A DNA stretch of 64,000 bases from an uncultured virus (IMG/VR IMGVR_UViG_3300030707_000003) (Duplodnaviria; Heunggongvirae; Uroviricota; Caudoviricetes): IMG/VR virus record IMGVR_UViG_3300030707_000003; one strand, written 5' to 3'. Positions 29,039-37,917 of the stretch are shown here, piece after piece. Positions within the stretch are counted from its first letter, which is position 1, and each line of letters opens with the position of its first letter. A program made the translations under genes and the position numbers. Under the pieces are notes generated by a model. That model ran no database searches and was not told where the DNA came from. It saw nothing but the letters and a program-made list of their open reading frames with translations.

Positions 29039-32000
29039 TTACGAGAACGGGGCGGAATCGCTGTTCTGGAGTCCGCCGAGGTGCGCGCTGTACATCGGGG
29101 CATGTGCGACAAGTGCCTCGAAGCATAGCAGACTATACCTCCAGGTGACATCGATCGCGGGCCACGCCAAACTGACGTAATCCTGACATGTCGAGACTTC
29201 CCACGCATTCGCGACATTCGTCCACGACTGGGGGAGCTGGTAGGACAGGAGGGTCGCGTTCCCCTGCGGGTAGAAGGGATGCACGACCATCTTCAGGATC
29301 GACCGGGTCAGCGGGTTCTGGAACTGGGAGACGGCCGCGCCGACGGTGACGTCGCCGACCTCGCCCTGCTTGATGAACAGCTCGTAGGCGGTGCCGGTGC
29401 CCTGGGAGATGACGTCCTGGGACAGGTTCGCCAGGTCCGACCCGCTGGAGATGATCTCCGCCGGGTCGGCCTTGAACGCCCCCGGCGAGATGCCGGGGCT
29501 GTCGAACAGGGCCTTCAGCGCGGTGTAGATGGTGTTGTAGTTGAAGTGCAGGCCGACGCCGCCGTTGTAGTACCCGCCCTGCCAGCCGCTGGGATACACG
29601 CCAGCCTGCTGGGAAAGGCCGGACAGGACCGGGATGACGCCCTCGATGCGGGTGCCCTTGCCGGTGCCGCTGTCAGCGGTCGGCTGCGTGCTCGCCGCGG
29701 GAAGCGTCCCGCCCTGCAGGGTGTACTTCACCCCGCCGCAGGTGGCCAGCAGGTAGTAGGTGGAGGAGACCAGGCCCCAGATGCTGTACTGCATCGCGCC
29801 CGCGGACGGGGCGATCGTCACGTCCACGACCTGGCCCGCGCTGACAGTCACCGCGGTGCTCCCGGAGACGGCGGTGGTGCCGAAGTAGTTCGTGGCCGCG
29901 ACCAGGACATGGTCGACGGTGGTGTTCAGCGCAGTCTCGTTGCTCTGCGCGTTCCGGACGGTGCAGGTCGGGGCAGCCGGCGTCGCCAGGTTCTGCGCAG
30001 AACCGGCGATGATGGCGTACTCCTCGGCGAGCATCCGATTTGTTACTCTCTGCCCCTTTTGGCAGAGGGACGGGTCATTTCTGCCCGTCTCTTACGCTTT
30101 CGTCGTAAGACCCGACTATATCTTCACCCGCGTGGGGTGCTCCGTGCATAGTCTGTGAACCATCGCGTCGGCCGCAAGGCCAGGCGCGCTCGGCTGCTGA
30201 TTGCCCCTCAAGCGGCATGAAGCCGCCGCGATCTTCTCGGACCGTCGCGCCCGCCCTTTCGGGCCACGCTGTGGTGATCGCGGGTGACACGGGCGTTCCA
30301 GCAATTCTCGGAGTTTATTGCCCGCCTGTTGCCAGGCGGCGGAGACGATCGTCAGAAAATCTCCTGAAGCATAATCAGGTTGGCTCACTGTTGTTACTCA
30401 CTGCCAGCGCCGAGATGATGCGGCGTCGGCAGCGGGCCAGGCCGTTTCTGTTCCGCCTAGCTCCGCGCCTTTGTCATTGAACGCGGGTCGGACCATGTCA
30501 TGATCTGACTACTGCGAGCCGGGAAGGCTGCCGCGAGGACGGGCGCCGCCCTGCGGGCGCATCGGAATGCCGCGCCGGCGCATCTCCAGCATGACGTACG
30601 AGCGGCTTACCCCGTAGGAGCCGGCCACCTGCTGCGCGTTCATCCCTGAGTTGTACCGGTCGGCGAGATCGGCCATCCCGGGCATGACGCGCTTGTTGTT
30701 GACCGTTTCGGGATGCTCGTGCATCCACTTCCCGTAGCACTCTGAACTGCAGAAACGCGCAGGCTTGCCGCCGTTCCGCTTATGGAACGTGACGGGTGCG
30801 CCGCACTGCTCGCACCCGATGGTCGCCGGGCCGCCGCCCCAGTTGGGGTTGAGCGCACCAACGTGGCCATCGCGGTTCAGCCGGATCAGCACGGTAGGCG
30901 CGGCCTCTGGCACGAGGCCGTTCTCCCTCATCACCCGCCGCACTGCGGCGTCGGGATCGGTGCGCGCCTGATGGTTGCTGAACCAGTAGACCCGGTAGCC
31001 CGCGGCTTGCAGCGCTGCCGTCTTGCGCTCACGGCGCAGTGCGGCCCGCGTCTCGCCGGGGCTGTTGGTCACCTCGATGACGACCGGTTTCTGCTTCAGT
31101 TCGATGTCCGCCTCGTACCTGTCCCCAGCCGGGTGAGACTGCGTCTCGAAGCTGAGGCGAGCGCGGATGAGTGCCTGATGGAACATTGCCTCACACGGCG
31201 TGTTGATCACACTGGTGCTCGCTGGCTGGCGGGCATCCGCGCAGTCCGCGGGAGGGTATTCCAGCTCGTCAGATCCCCTGCGTATGGCCTCTACGGCTCG
31301 CCCGCTGCGTAGCGGGATTGCCTCGGCGTTACCCATGGTCCTGATGATATCAAATCAGGGTGAAGGGCTTTCACCGATACAGCAGGGTTATTCACTCGCG
31401 CGTCACCGCGCGAGGCCCCAGGTCAGTTTAGGGCGCTGATGTCCTCGTAACCCTGGCCGGCGAACTGCGCCAGCCACGAGAGCTGCTCGGTGACGCCGTA
31501 GAAGCGGTAGGGAATGTCAAGCGTGACCACGGTCTGCGATCCAGCCGGGGGCAGGTTCAGCGGCCAGTTCCCGAAGGAGCCGCCCTGCTGCACCATCTCC
31601 GACAGGGACGCGTCCAGCACGCCCTGGCCCCCGGTCTGGGAGCCCGAGATGCCGGTGATCAGGCGCTCGAGGACCGACGCGCCCATGCCGGGCGGCCGGG
31701 GGAACTTGTTGCGGTAGCGATTTCTGTTGCCTCTCGCCATCAGGCGAGCGGGCTGGTCATTTCTGCCAGCCTCCTGCACTTTTCCATCGTGCAGGTCCGG
31801 ACTGTCTCATGCTCTGCGGCCGGGCACCAGCAATGCCCCTGATGAATCGTCCTTTGCAGAGCCCGCACGTACAGTCTCTACGCCGCCACGGGCATCGTGG
31901 CGGACCGGGATTCCCCTTGGGATCGGCGGGGTTCCCCGGGCAGTGCGGTTGGCATCCGCAGATCACTCTGCGGAGCCGCCTAAACGACGGTATAGACCGG

Positions 32001-33882
32001 GTAGATGAGACGCGACGTCTCTTGTTACTTCGGCCCGGTCAGGCCGGGCTACCTCGTTTCCGGGTAGCTCCGGACATTACTGCCCGGATCGGACTGTGAC
32101 ACTATCTGGTTACTGCGGATCCGGAGAATTGCGCTCGCGATGACCGCGCCCGCTGATACCCATCCGGGCCATGGCCCTCTGGACGGTATGGAGCGAGACG
32201 CCGTAGTATGCCGCGAGTTCCCGCTGCGTCATGCCGCTGGCATAAAGCGCGGGGACTTCGCTCAGGTCGATCTTGAGCCGCCGGTTGCTGGCCCCGGGAT
32301 GCTCCCTGAGCCAGTCTCCGTAGCACTTCGAGTTGCAGAACCGCTTCTTCATCTGCATCCGGTGGGCGTTCCGCTGCGTCTCTGCGCCGCACTGCTCGCA
32401 GCTGACGGTGACGGGGCCGCCGCCCCAGTTCGGGTTCTCCGGTCCCATCATGCCGGTGCGGATGTCGGCTACCGGGTCGGCGTCGGAAACGAGCCCGCAC
32501 GCCTCGATGACCTCTGCCACGCACTGGTCGGCACCGCGGTTGATCCGCGATCCCGTGAACCGGAAGACCCGGTAGCCGGCCACGGCGAGATTCGCGTCGC
32601 GCTCTGCGTCCTGCTCTTTGCGCAGGCTGTGGAGCGCGCCGTCCGCCTCGATGATGACCCGGGCTTGCTGAAGAAGGATGTCCACGCAGTACCGGCCCAG
32701 CAGGACGCGCTGGGTTGAGAAGCTGAGGCCGGCTTTCATGAGTGCTGCCTGGAGCAGTTTCTCAAGGGGCGAGTTTGCTGATGGTCCCCGCATCGTCGGG
32801 AGACGCTTCAGCAGGTTCTCGCGGTTCTTGGCTCGCCACTCGGGACGGTCGACCGCCGCGCGATGTGCTGCGCGCCGCTCATCGGTCCACTCGTAGCCCT
32901 CTGGCAGCCCGGTCGGGCGGGGCGTCACGCCGAGACGCCTCATGGCGTTCTGCACGGCGTGGACGCTGCACCCGTAGCGAGCGGTCAGTTGTTCGTAGGT
33001 CATGCCGCTCGCGTACAAGGCGGGAAGCCCGGACCAGTCGATCAGGAGTGACCGGCCTTCCGGCTTCGGATTGATGCCCTGCCGCTTGGCTTCCTGCGCG
33101 ACGTACCCCTTGGATACGCCGTATTCGGCTGCCACGGCTGAATATGAGCCAAGGCGCTCGTAGTCCGCCTTGAGATTGCTCCAGTCCACCAGATACCCCT
33201 GCGTTCAGTCTCTACCGCCGCCCGGCTACGTGCCGGGCCGCATCGGCGTCGTCCTCAGATCACTATACCGGTTACTTCAGTCCGGTGTCGTGCGTAGGAG
33301 TTCCGCCGAACGGCAGGGGTTATTCGACGTACCTCGCGGTACGAAGGCCCTCGCGTTCTAAGGCGCGAGCAGGTTGACGGGAACAAGGCCGTAGACGGAG
33401 CCTAGTCCCACGTTGCCTGCAGTGAAGGAGCGGACGAGGTCAGGCGCGGCCACCCCGAGATAGGGCGACAGGGCCTGCGCCATGGACTCGGCCATGGAGG
33501 GCTGGAGCAGCGCGGTCTTCAGCGCCCCGTACTGGGTGAGCCAGCCCTGGTTGAGCTCGGACACGACGGCGGACTTGGCGCGGAAGCCCTTCCAGGTCTC
33601 GGTGCGCAGGTCCACGGCCGCCTGGGCCGAGCGGGTCATGATGTCGGCGTGGTTGGTCAGGGGCTGGTTGGCGCCCTGGCCGCGCATGCCCGCGCCCTTG
33701 ACCAGGGACGGCATGCGGGACTTGATCGCCTCGCCGATGTTCGCGCCGGAGGCGTAGCGGTTCGGGACGCCGGCGTCGCCGTAGCGCGCCTGGGTCAGCG
33801 GGTCCATGGCGAGGGGGGTGCCCATCGCCGCGATCCCCGTGCGGGGATCCTCTACCTGGATGTCTTCGATGAGAGCCGCCAC
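29039..33882 (-). CDS. major capsid protein, 5 exons: 33882-33361, 32015-31987, 31717-31430, 30385-30359, 30035-29039 (620 aa spliced)
   Basis: Exons join in frame (1863 nt): LLAP|SRLIYPVYTV|YRNKFPR...DISAL|ANLIMLQEM|MLAEEYAII; follows the protease/scaffold gene. Confidence 0.85.
30036..30358 (-). ncRNA. group I intron 4 (no ORF, 323 nt)
   Basis: P AATTGCTGGAA, Q AATCAGCAG, R GTTCACAGACTA, S AAGATATAGTCG; P1 GGAGAU/GUCUCC; terminal G. Confidence 0.92.
30386..31429 (-). ncRNA. group I intron 3 (1044 nt) with endonuclease ORF
   Basis: P1 GCCCU/GGGGC; GTATCGGTGAAAGCC...GGTAACGCCGAG; R GTAGAGGCCAT pairing with S GACATGGTCCG; terminal G. Confidence 0.85.
30509..31336 (-). CDS. intron-encoded DUF559/Vsr-like endonuclease with zinc finger and HTH (possibly degenerate; start uncertain)
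   Basis: TPCE..F, RYEADI, VIEV, AGYRVYWF, NPNWGGG, CEQC..FCSSEC. Confidence 0.75.
   Translation of the reverse strand: MGNAEAIPLRSGRAVEAIRRGSDELEYPPADCADARQPASTSVINTPCEAMFHQALIRARLSFETQSHPAGDRYEADIELKQKPVVIEVTNSPGETRAALRRERKTAALQAAGYRVYWFSNHQARTDPDAAVRRVMRENGLVPEAAPTVLIRLNRDGHVGALNPNWGGGPATIGCEQCGAPVTFHKRNGGKPARFCSSECYGKWMHEHPETVNNKRVMPGMADLADRYNSGMNAQQVAGSYGVSRSYVMLEMRRRGIPMRPQGGARPRGSLPGSQ
31718..31986 (-). ncRNA. group I intron 2 (no ORF, 269 nt)
   Basis: P1 CCGU/GCGG; ACTGCCCGGGGAAC...AATCCCGG; R GTAGAGACTGT; S GAGACAGTCCG; terminal G. Confidence 0.88.
32016..33360 (-). ncRNA. group I intron 1 (1345 nt) with endonuclease ORF
   Basis: P1 GCCU/GGGC; P10 ACGCGA pairs with exon 2 TCGCGT; R GTAGAGACTGA; S TCACAGTCCG; terminal G. 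Confidence 0.9.
32110..33189 (-). CDS. intron-encoded DUF559/Vsr-like homing endonuclease with HTH repeats and zinc finger
   Basis: SPLEKLL, RYCVDI, IIEADGALH, DAERD, GYRVFRF; three HTH-like segments. Confidence 0.85.
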   Translation of the reverse strand: MDWSNLKADYERLGSYSAVAAEYGVSKGYVAQEAKRQGINPKPEGRSLLIDWSGLPALYASGMTYEQLTARYGCSVHAVQNAMRRLGVTPRPTGLPEGYEWTDERRAAHRAAVDRPEWRAKNRENLLKRLPTMRGPSANSPLEKLLQAALMKAGLSFSTQRVLLGRYCVDILLQQARVIIEADGALHSLRKEQDAERDANLAVAGYRVFRFTGSRINRGADQCVAEVIEACGLVSDADPVADIRTGMMGPENPNWGGGPVTVSCEQCGAETQRNAHRMQMKKRFCNSKCYGDWLREHPGASNRRLKIDLSEVPALYASGMTQRELAAYYGVSLHTVQRAMARMGISGRGHRERNSPDPQ

Positions 33883-33928
33883 ACGGCTCCTCTCGCTCTG
33901 CCGCGCGCACTCGGCGGCGCGGCGCGTT

Positions 33929-36900
33929 TTACGTCTGGGGTAGTCGCTGCATGGGAGTGAGTCCGCTGCCGTAGCCGGTCATGGGCTGGGTTCCGAGCAT
34001 CGCCTGAAGCTCCTGCCAGGCCGCTTCCTGGTACTCGGGGTTGTTGTTGGTGCGCCATTCGTGCCAGAGGCGCTGCATCTTGGCGGTCTGGGCCAGCTCC
34101 GCTGACTGGGCCGCCGTCACGGGCACCGCCGGTGCCGGTGAGGTCATGGTGGCCGACTTCGCCACGCCGGCTCCCCGGAAGGGGGCGGCGGAGGTGTCGG
34201 ACTGGTTCGCGATCGCGTCGGCCGTCTTCGCGATCGCGTCGGCCGTCTTCGTGATCTGCCGCAGGCGCTTGTCCTGGGCGCGCTGCCCCCTGATCAGCGG
34301 CCTGGTGGCCGTCTTCACGGCCTGCGCGATCATCTCGGCGTCGGTGCCGGAATGCAGCGGCGCGGGCACCGGGACGATCGGCGCGGCGGCCGGATCCGGT
34401 GCGGCGACGGGCAGCGGCGTCACGGTCGCGCTCTTGGTCACCGCTGTCCTGCGCCGCTTCTGCGCGGCCTTCCGCTTCGCCTTGCGTGCCGCGGCCTTTC
34501 TCGCGCCGGGCTTCGCGGTCTTGCCCGCGGTGTGCGGGACCGGGCCGCCGACCGCGGCCGGGACCGGCGGGGCCGGCTTCTGGGTCTCGCCCAGGGGCGG
34601 GGACATGGCGCAGATGTCGGGGAACAGGTGCGCGATGTGGTCGTGCATCGCGTTCAGCGCCGCCCTCGCGTTGTCCCGGATCGTGTTCTGGTAGAACACG
34701 CGGGACGGCTGGCCCGCCTCGCGGGGGGCGGGCTGGGGCATGTGCCGGGGGGTGTCGTTGGCCGGGGAGTCGGCGGCGTGGCCGGCGGTGATGTAGTCCC
34801 GCTGGTACTGCACCGCGGCAGGCGTCCCTTCCGGAGCCGGGAACGCGTGCGGGCCGCCGTGCTGCGGCGATGGCGCGGCGTGGCCGGCGGAGATGTACGG
34901 CCGGCGGAACTGGCCGGGCGTCAGGTGCGCCGGGGTCGGGAAGCTGCCGGGGCCGGGGGCCGCGCCGGTCAGGGCCTTCAGCGCGTCCTCGTTGGCGGCG
35001 CGGAACGCGGCGTGGTGCTCGGTCCGCAGGTCCGCCAGCAGCTGCGGGTCGGCGGCCTTCAGCGTCAGGGCGTGCCGGGACAGGGCGGACATCTCGTTCC
35101 ACCGTGCCATCGCCGTGGCCATGTCGCCGCCCGAGGCGGCCTCGAGGGCCCTGGACTGCCACACGCCGTCGTCGATGCCGGCGAAGCTGGCGGCGGGCAG
35201 CGTCTTGCTCACCGAGGCGGGGCTGAACGCGGGGCAGGCCAGGTCGTGCAGGACCGCCAGCTGCGGGTCGATGCCCAGGGACTTGTGCCGGATCGAGGCG
35301 GCCAGCTCGGCCCGCTCGTCGCCGTCGGTCAGGTGCGTGTCCTGCTCGAACATCTCCACCGGGGGGCCGTCCGGCTCGCGGTGCGGCGGCAGGGCATCAG
35401 TGTGCTGGGGCACCGCCCCGACGGCAGGAGACTTGCCCTTCCCCTTGCCCTTGCGTCGCTTGACCGCCTTCGCGGGCTCCGCCGGGATGGCAGGGCTGAC
35501 GGCCTTCTGCGCTTCGGCGTCGTCGTTCTTGCCGTCGCCGTCCGGGCCGAACGCAGGGGCCTGATTGCCGCCGAACGGCTTGCTCTTCTTGCCCTTCTTG
35601 CCCTTGACCTTCGCCTTTGCCTTCTTGCCCTTGGCCGCCTTGGTGACCTCGCTGTCGGTGCTCACACGCTCCTTAGCGGCCTTGTTGGCCGGGATCTTGT
35701 GGTCCGCCTCGGGCAGGTAGCCGGGGTTCTCCCGCCCGCACTGCGGGCAGTGCGGCTCGCCCTTGTCCAGGTCCTTCCCGCAGCCCAGGCACGTGAAGTC
35801 GTGGTTCTTGGCCACCGGCATAGCGCCCGGCGAGAGGCTGTTCCCGCACTCGGGGCAGTGGACGTGCTTGCTGTTCTGCTTCGCGCCGCAGTGCCCGCAC
35901 ATCACCTTGGTCTTCTTGGTGACACCGGGCGGCGGGGTGCCGTCGAACCCGGCGGCGGCCTTCGCGACCAGCGCCTCCGCAGCCTTCGCCCCGGCCGCGC
36001 ACGACGTGCAGGGCTTCCCGTCCGCCGTGCCGGAGTCCTTGCACACGTCGCAGACGGCGGCTGCGGCCTTGTCCGCCTTCGGCTTCTTCTTCAGCGGGTT
36101 CGGGATGCCCAGCGCCTTCGCCCGCCGGCCCAGCAGCTTCGCGGCGGCCTGCCACTTTCCGTGCTTGGACCGGATCAGGATGGCGGCGCGGCGCACCGCG
36201 TCGGCGTCCGGCATCGGGTACGAGCCATCCGCCAGGGCGGTGCCTTCGGATGCGTGCTCGCGGCGCTGCTCGGCGGTGAACGTCCGGCTGCCCTTGCCCA
36301 GCACCGCGTCCTCGGCCTCGCCGACGGCCTTGAGCGCCTCGGCCTGGGCGATGACGAGGGGGGCCACTTCCTCCAGCTTGTGGTACACGTCGGCGTAATC
36401 CGGCTCGCCGGCCGCCTTCGGTGCGCCCGGCTCCGCGACCTTAGTGACCGTGCCCGCCGCGACGGCGTTGCGCTGCGCCATCGTGTTCATCTTCGCCAGC
36501 TGCGCCGGGCTGACCTTGATCCGCATGCCGGCCGGCAGATCCACCGAGACCGTCTTGTACGTCCGGGGTGCCGACACCTTCGCGAGCACGGCATCGGGAG
36601 CGGTCAGCGTGCCGACCCATTCCGGGCTGCCGTCGGCAGCGGCTTTCAGCATGGCGAACTTGGTGCTGAAGTTCGAGCCCCGGTCGACCAGGGACACCTC
36701 GCCGATCTTGCTCAGCCCGTCATCGCGGCCGGTGATGACGCCGTTGACCGCCTTGCCCTGGGGGTCCAGGTGGGCGAACCGGGGGTCGCGGACGCGGACG
36801 TCGGGGTTCATGATCCCGACGCTGAAGTCCTGCAGCACCCCGGCCCTCACCAGCTTGACCGCGACCGGCTCGATGACCCGGGCGCGGATCTGGTGTCCCT

Positions 36901-37183
36901 GGAGCCAGGTGCCCTTGCCGGCCGGGTCGCGCTGCGCCTGGTGCTGGACCCTGACGTTGGCGCCCGTGTCGAACCACTCGCGCAAGGCCTTCTCGGACCA
37001 GGCCGGGTCGACTATCTGCAGGTCGGAGTCAAGGGACCCGTCGGTGGCCTTCCCGATAACCGTTATCTCCCCGTCCGGCCCGTCCTCCACTTTCTCGATG
37101 GGAAACGAGAAGAACGCCATCTCGCCGGCAGGAGTCAGCGTCGCAGCCTTCGCGGCATCAGGCTCGGTCAGGACTGCAGCCAC
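33929..37183 (-). CDS. prohead protease / scaffold polyprotein
   Basis: GKATDGSLDSDLQ, NVRVQH, FSVG, EVSLVDRGSN; LADGSYP domain; zinc ribbons; AAGGAGCCGT-GTG start. Confidence 0.85.
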   Translation of the reverse strand: MAAVLTEPDAAKAATLTPAGEMAFFSFPIEKVEDGPDGEITVIGKATDGSLDSDLQIVDPAWSEKALREWFDTGANVRVQHQAQRDPAGKGTWLQGHQIRARVIEPVAVKLVRAGVLQDFSVGIMNPDVRVRDPRFAHLDPQGKAVNGVITGRDDGLSKIGEVSLVDRGSNFSTKFAMLKAAADGSPEWVGTLTAPDAVLAKVSAPRTYKTVSVDLPAGMRIKVSPAQLAKMNTMAQRNAVAAGTVTKVAEPGAPKAAGEPDYADVYHKLEEVAPLVIAQAEALKAVGEAEDAVLGKGSRTFTAEQRREHASEGTALADGSYPMPDADAVRRAAILIRSKHGKWQAAAKLLGRRAKALGIPNPLKKKPKADKAAAAVCDVCKDSGTADGKPCTSCAAGAKAAEALVAKAAAGFDGTPPPGVTKKTKVMCGHCGAKQNSKHVHCPECGNSLSPGAMPVAKNHDFTCLGCGKDLDKGEPHCPQCGRENPGYLPEADHKIPANKAAKERVSTDSEVTKAAKGKKAKAKVKGKKGKKSKPFGGNQAPAFGPDGDGKNDDAEAQKAVSPAIPAEPAKAVKRRKGKGKGKSPAVGAVPQHTDALPPHREPDGPPVEMFEQDTHLTDGDERAELAASIRHKSLGIDPQLAVLHDLACPAFSPASVSKTLPAASFAGIDDGVWQSRALEAASGGDMATAMARWNEMSALSRHALTLKAADPQLLADLRTEHHAAFRAANEDALKALTGAAPGPGSFPTPAHLTPGQFRRPYISAGHAAPSPQHGGPHAFPAPEGTPAAVQYQRDYITAGHAADSPANDTPRHMPQPAPREAGQPSRVFYQNTIRDNARAALNAMHDHIAHLFPDICAMSPPLGETQKPAPPVPAAVGGPVPHTAGKTAKPGARKAAARKAKRKAAQKRRRTAVTKSATVTPLPVAAPDPAAAPIVPVPAPLHSGTDAEMIAQAVKTATRPLIRGQRAQDKRLRQITKTADAIAKTADAIANQSDTSAAPFRGAGVAKSATMTSPAPAVPVTAAQSAELAQTAKMQRLWHEWRTNNNPEYQEAAWQELQAMLGTQPMTGYGSGLTPMQRLPQT

Positions 37184-37241
37184 ACGGCTCCTTGCGGTGA
37201 ATCGGGGAAGGGGGAAGTCAGGGAGCATCTAGGCTCGGGGC

Positions 37242-37634
37242 GTGAGACGGTTCCTGCACCAGGTCAGCTTCGGCATGGCCGCCGGCACGACGGTCGGCGT
37301 GCTCGGCGGTGTCACATTCGGCTACGCCGGGCCGTGGCTGCTCCTGGGGCTGCTGCTCACGATCCCGGCGGCGGTCGTGCTGCTGAGGACGTGGCCCGAG
37401 CCTGCCCGGCTGGTGGCCGCGCCGTCGCCGCCTGCCCGCGAGGCCCGGTGGCCCTCCGGCGCGGCGGAGGGCTGCTGCCCCGTCTGCGGCATGGACGACC
37501 CGGAGCGGTTCCGGCTCGGCGTCGGCGTGACGCGGTGGCGGGGATGGGCCGTCCACGACTCCTGCGCGGAATGGCTGGCGGGCGGCCCGGCGCGCGTGGG
37601 CGCTGGTGCCGCGCGGTGCAGCCCGCTGAGATGA
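37242..37634 (+). CDS. antisense membrane protein
   Basis: Two hydrophobic helices; TAGGCT-N6-GTG leaderless arrangement. Confidence 0.6.
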   Translation: MRRFLHQVSFGMAAGTTVGVLGGVTFGYAGPWLLLGLLLTIPAAVVLLRTWPEPARLVAAPSPPAREARWPSGAAEGCCPVCGMDDPERFRLGVGVTRWRGWAVHDSCAEWLAGGPARVGAGAARCSPLR

Positions 37635-37638
37635 GCGC

Positions 37639-37917
37639 TCAGTCCTCCCCGCCGTCATCGGGTGACAGCGGGTCGTAGGCCAGGGTCCGCGCCGTCCACC
37701 GGCCGCCTGCCAGCGGCAGCACGTAGCCGTCCTTGCCGATCGCTACGCCGTGAGCGAACCTGATCTTCATGTCTGAGTCGGCGCAGGAGTTCAGCACCGA
37801 CGCGAGGGCCCGCAGCAGCGCGCCCGGGGAGCCGTCGGCGGGGGAGTGGCAGCGGGGGCAGGCCACCGGCCGGGACGGCCTGGGGCGCTTGCGGCGGCGG
37901 CCCTTGCGCTTGCTCAC
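37639..37917 (-). CDS. hypothetical protein
   Basis: GTGA overlap; basic N-terminus; CPRC. Confidence 0.55.
   Translation of the reverse strand: MSKRKGRRRKRPRPSRPVACPRCHSPADGSPGALLRALASVLNSCADSDMKIRFAHGVAIGKDGYVLPLAGGRWTARTLAYDPLSPDDGGED

Noticed and set aside
30075..30480. Small ORFs listed in the track (also 31727..32099)
   Set aside because: They overlap structured intron cores and micro-exons; not genes
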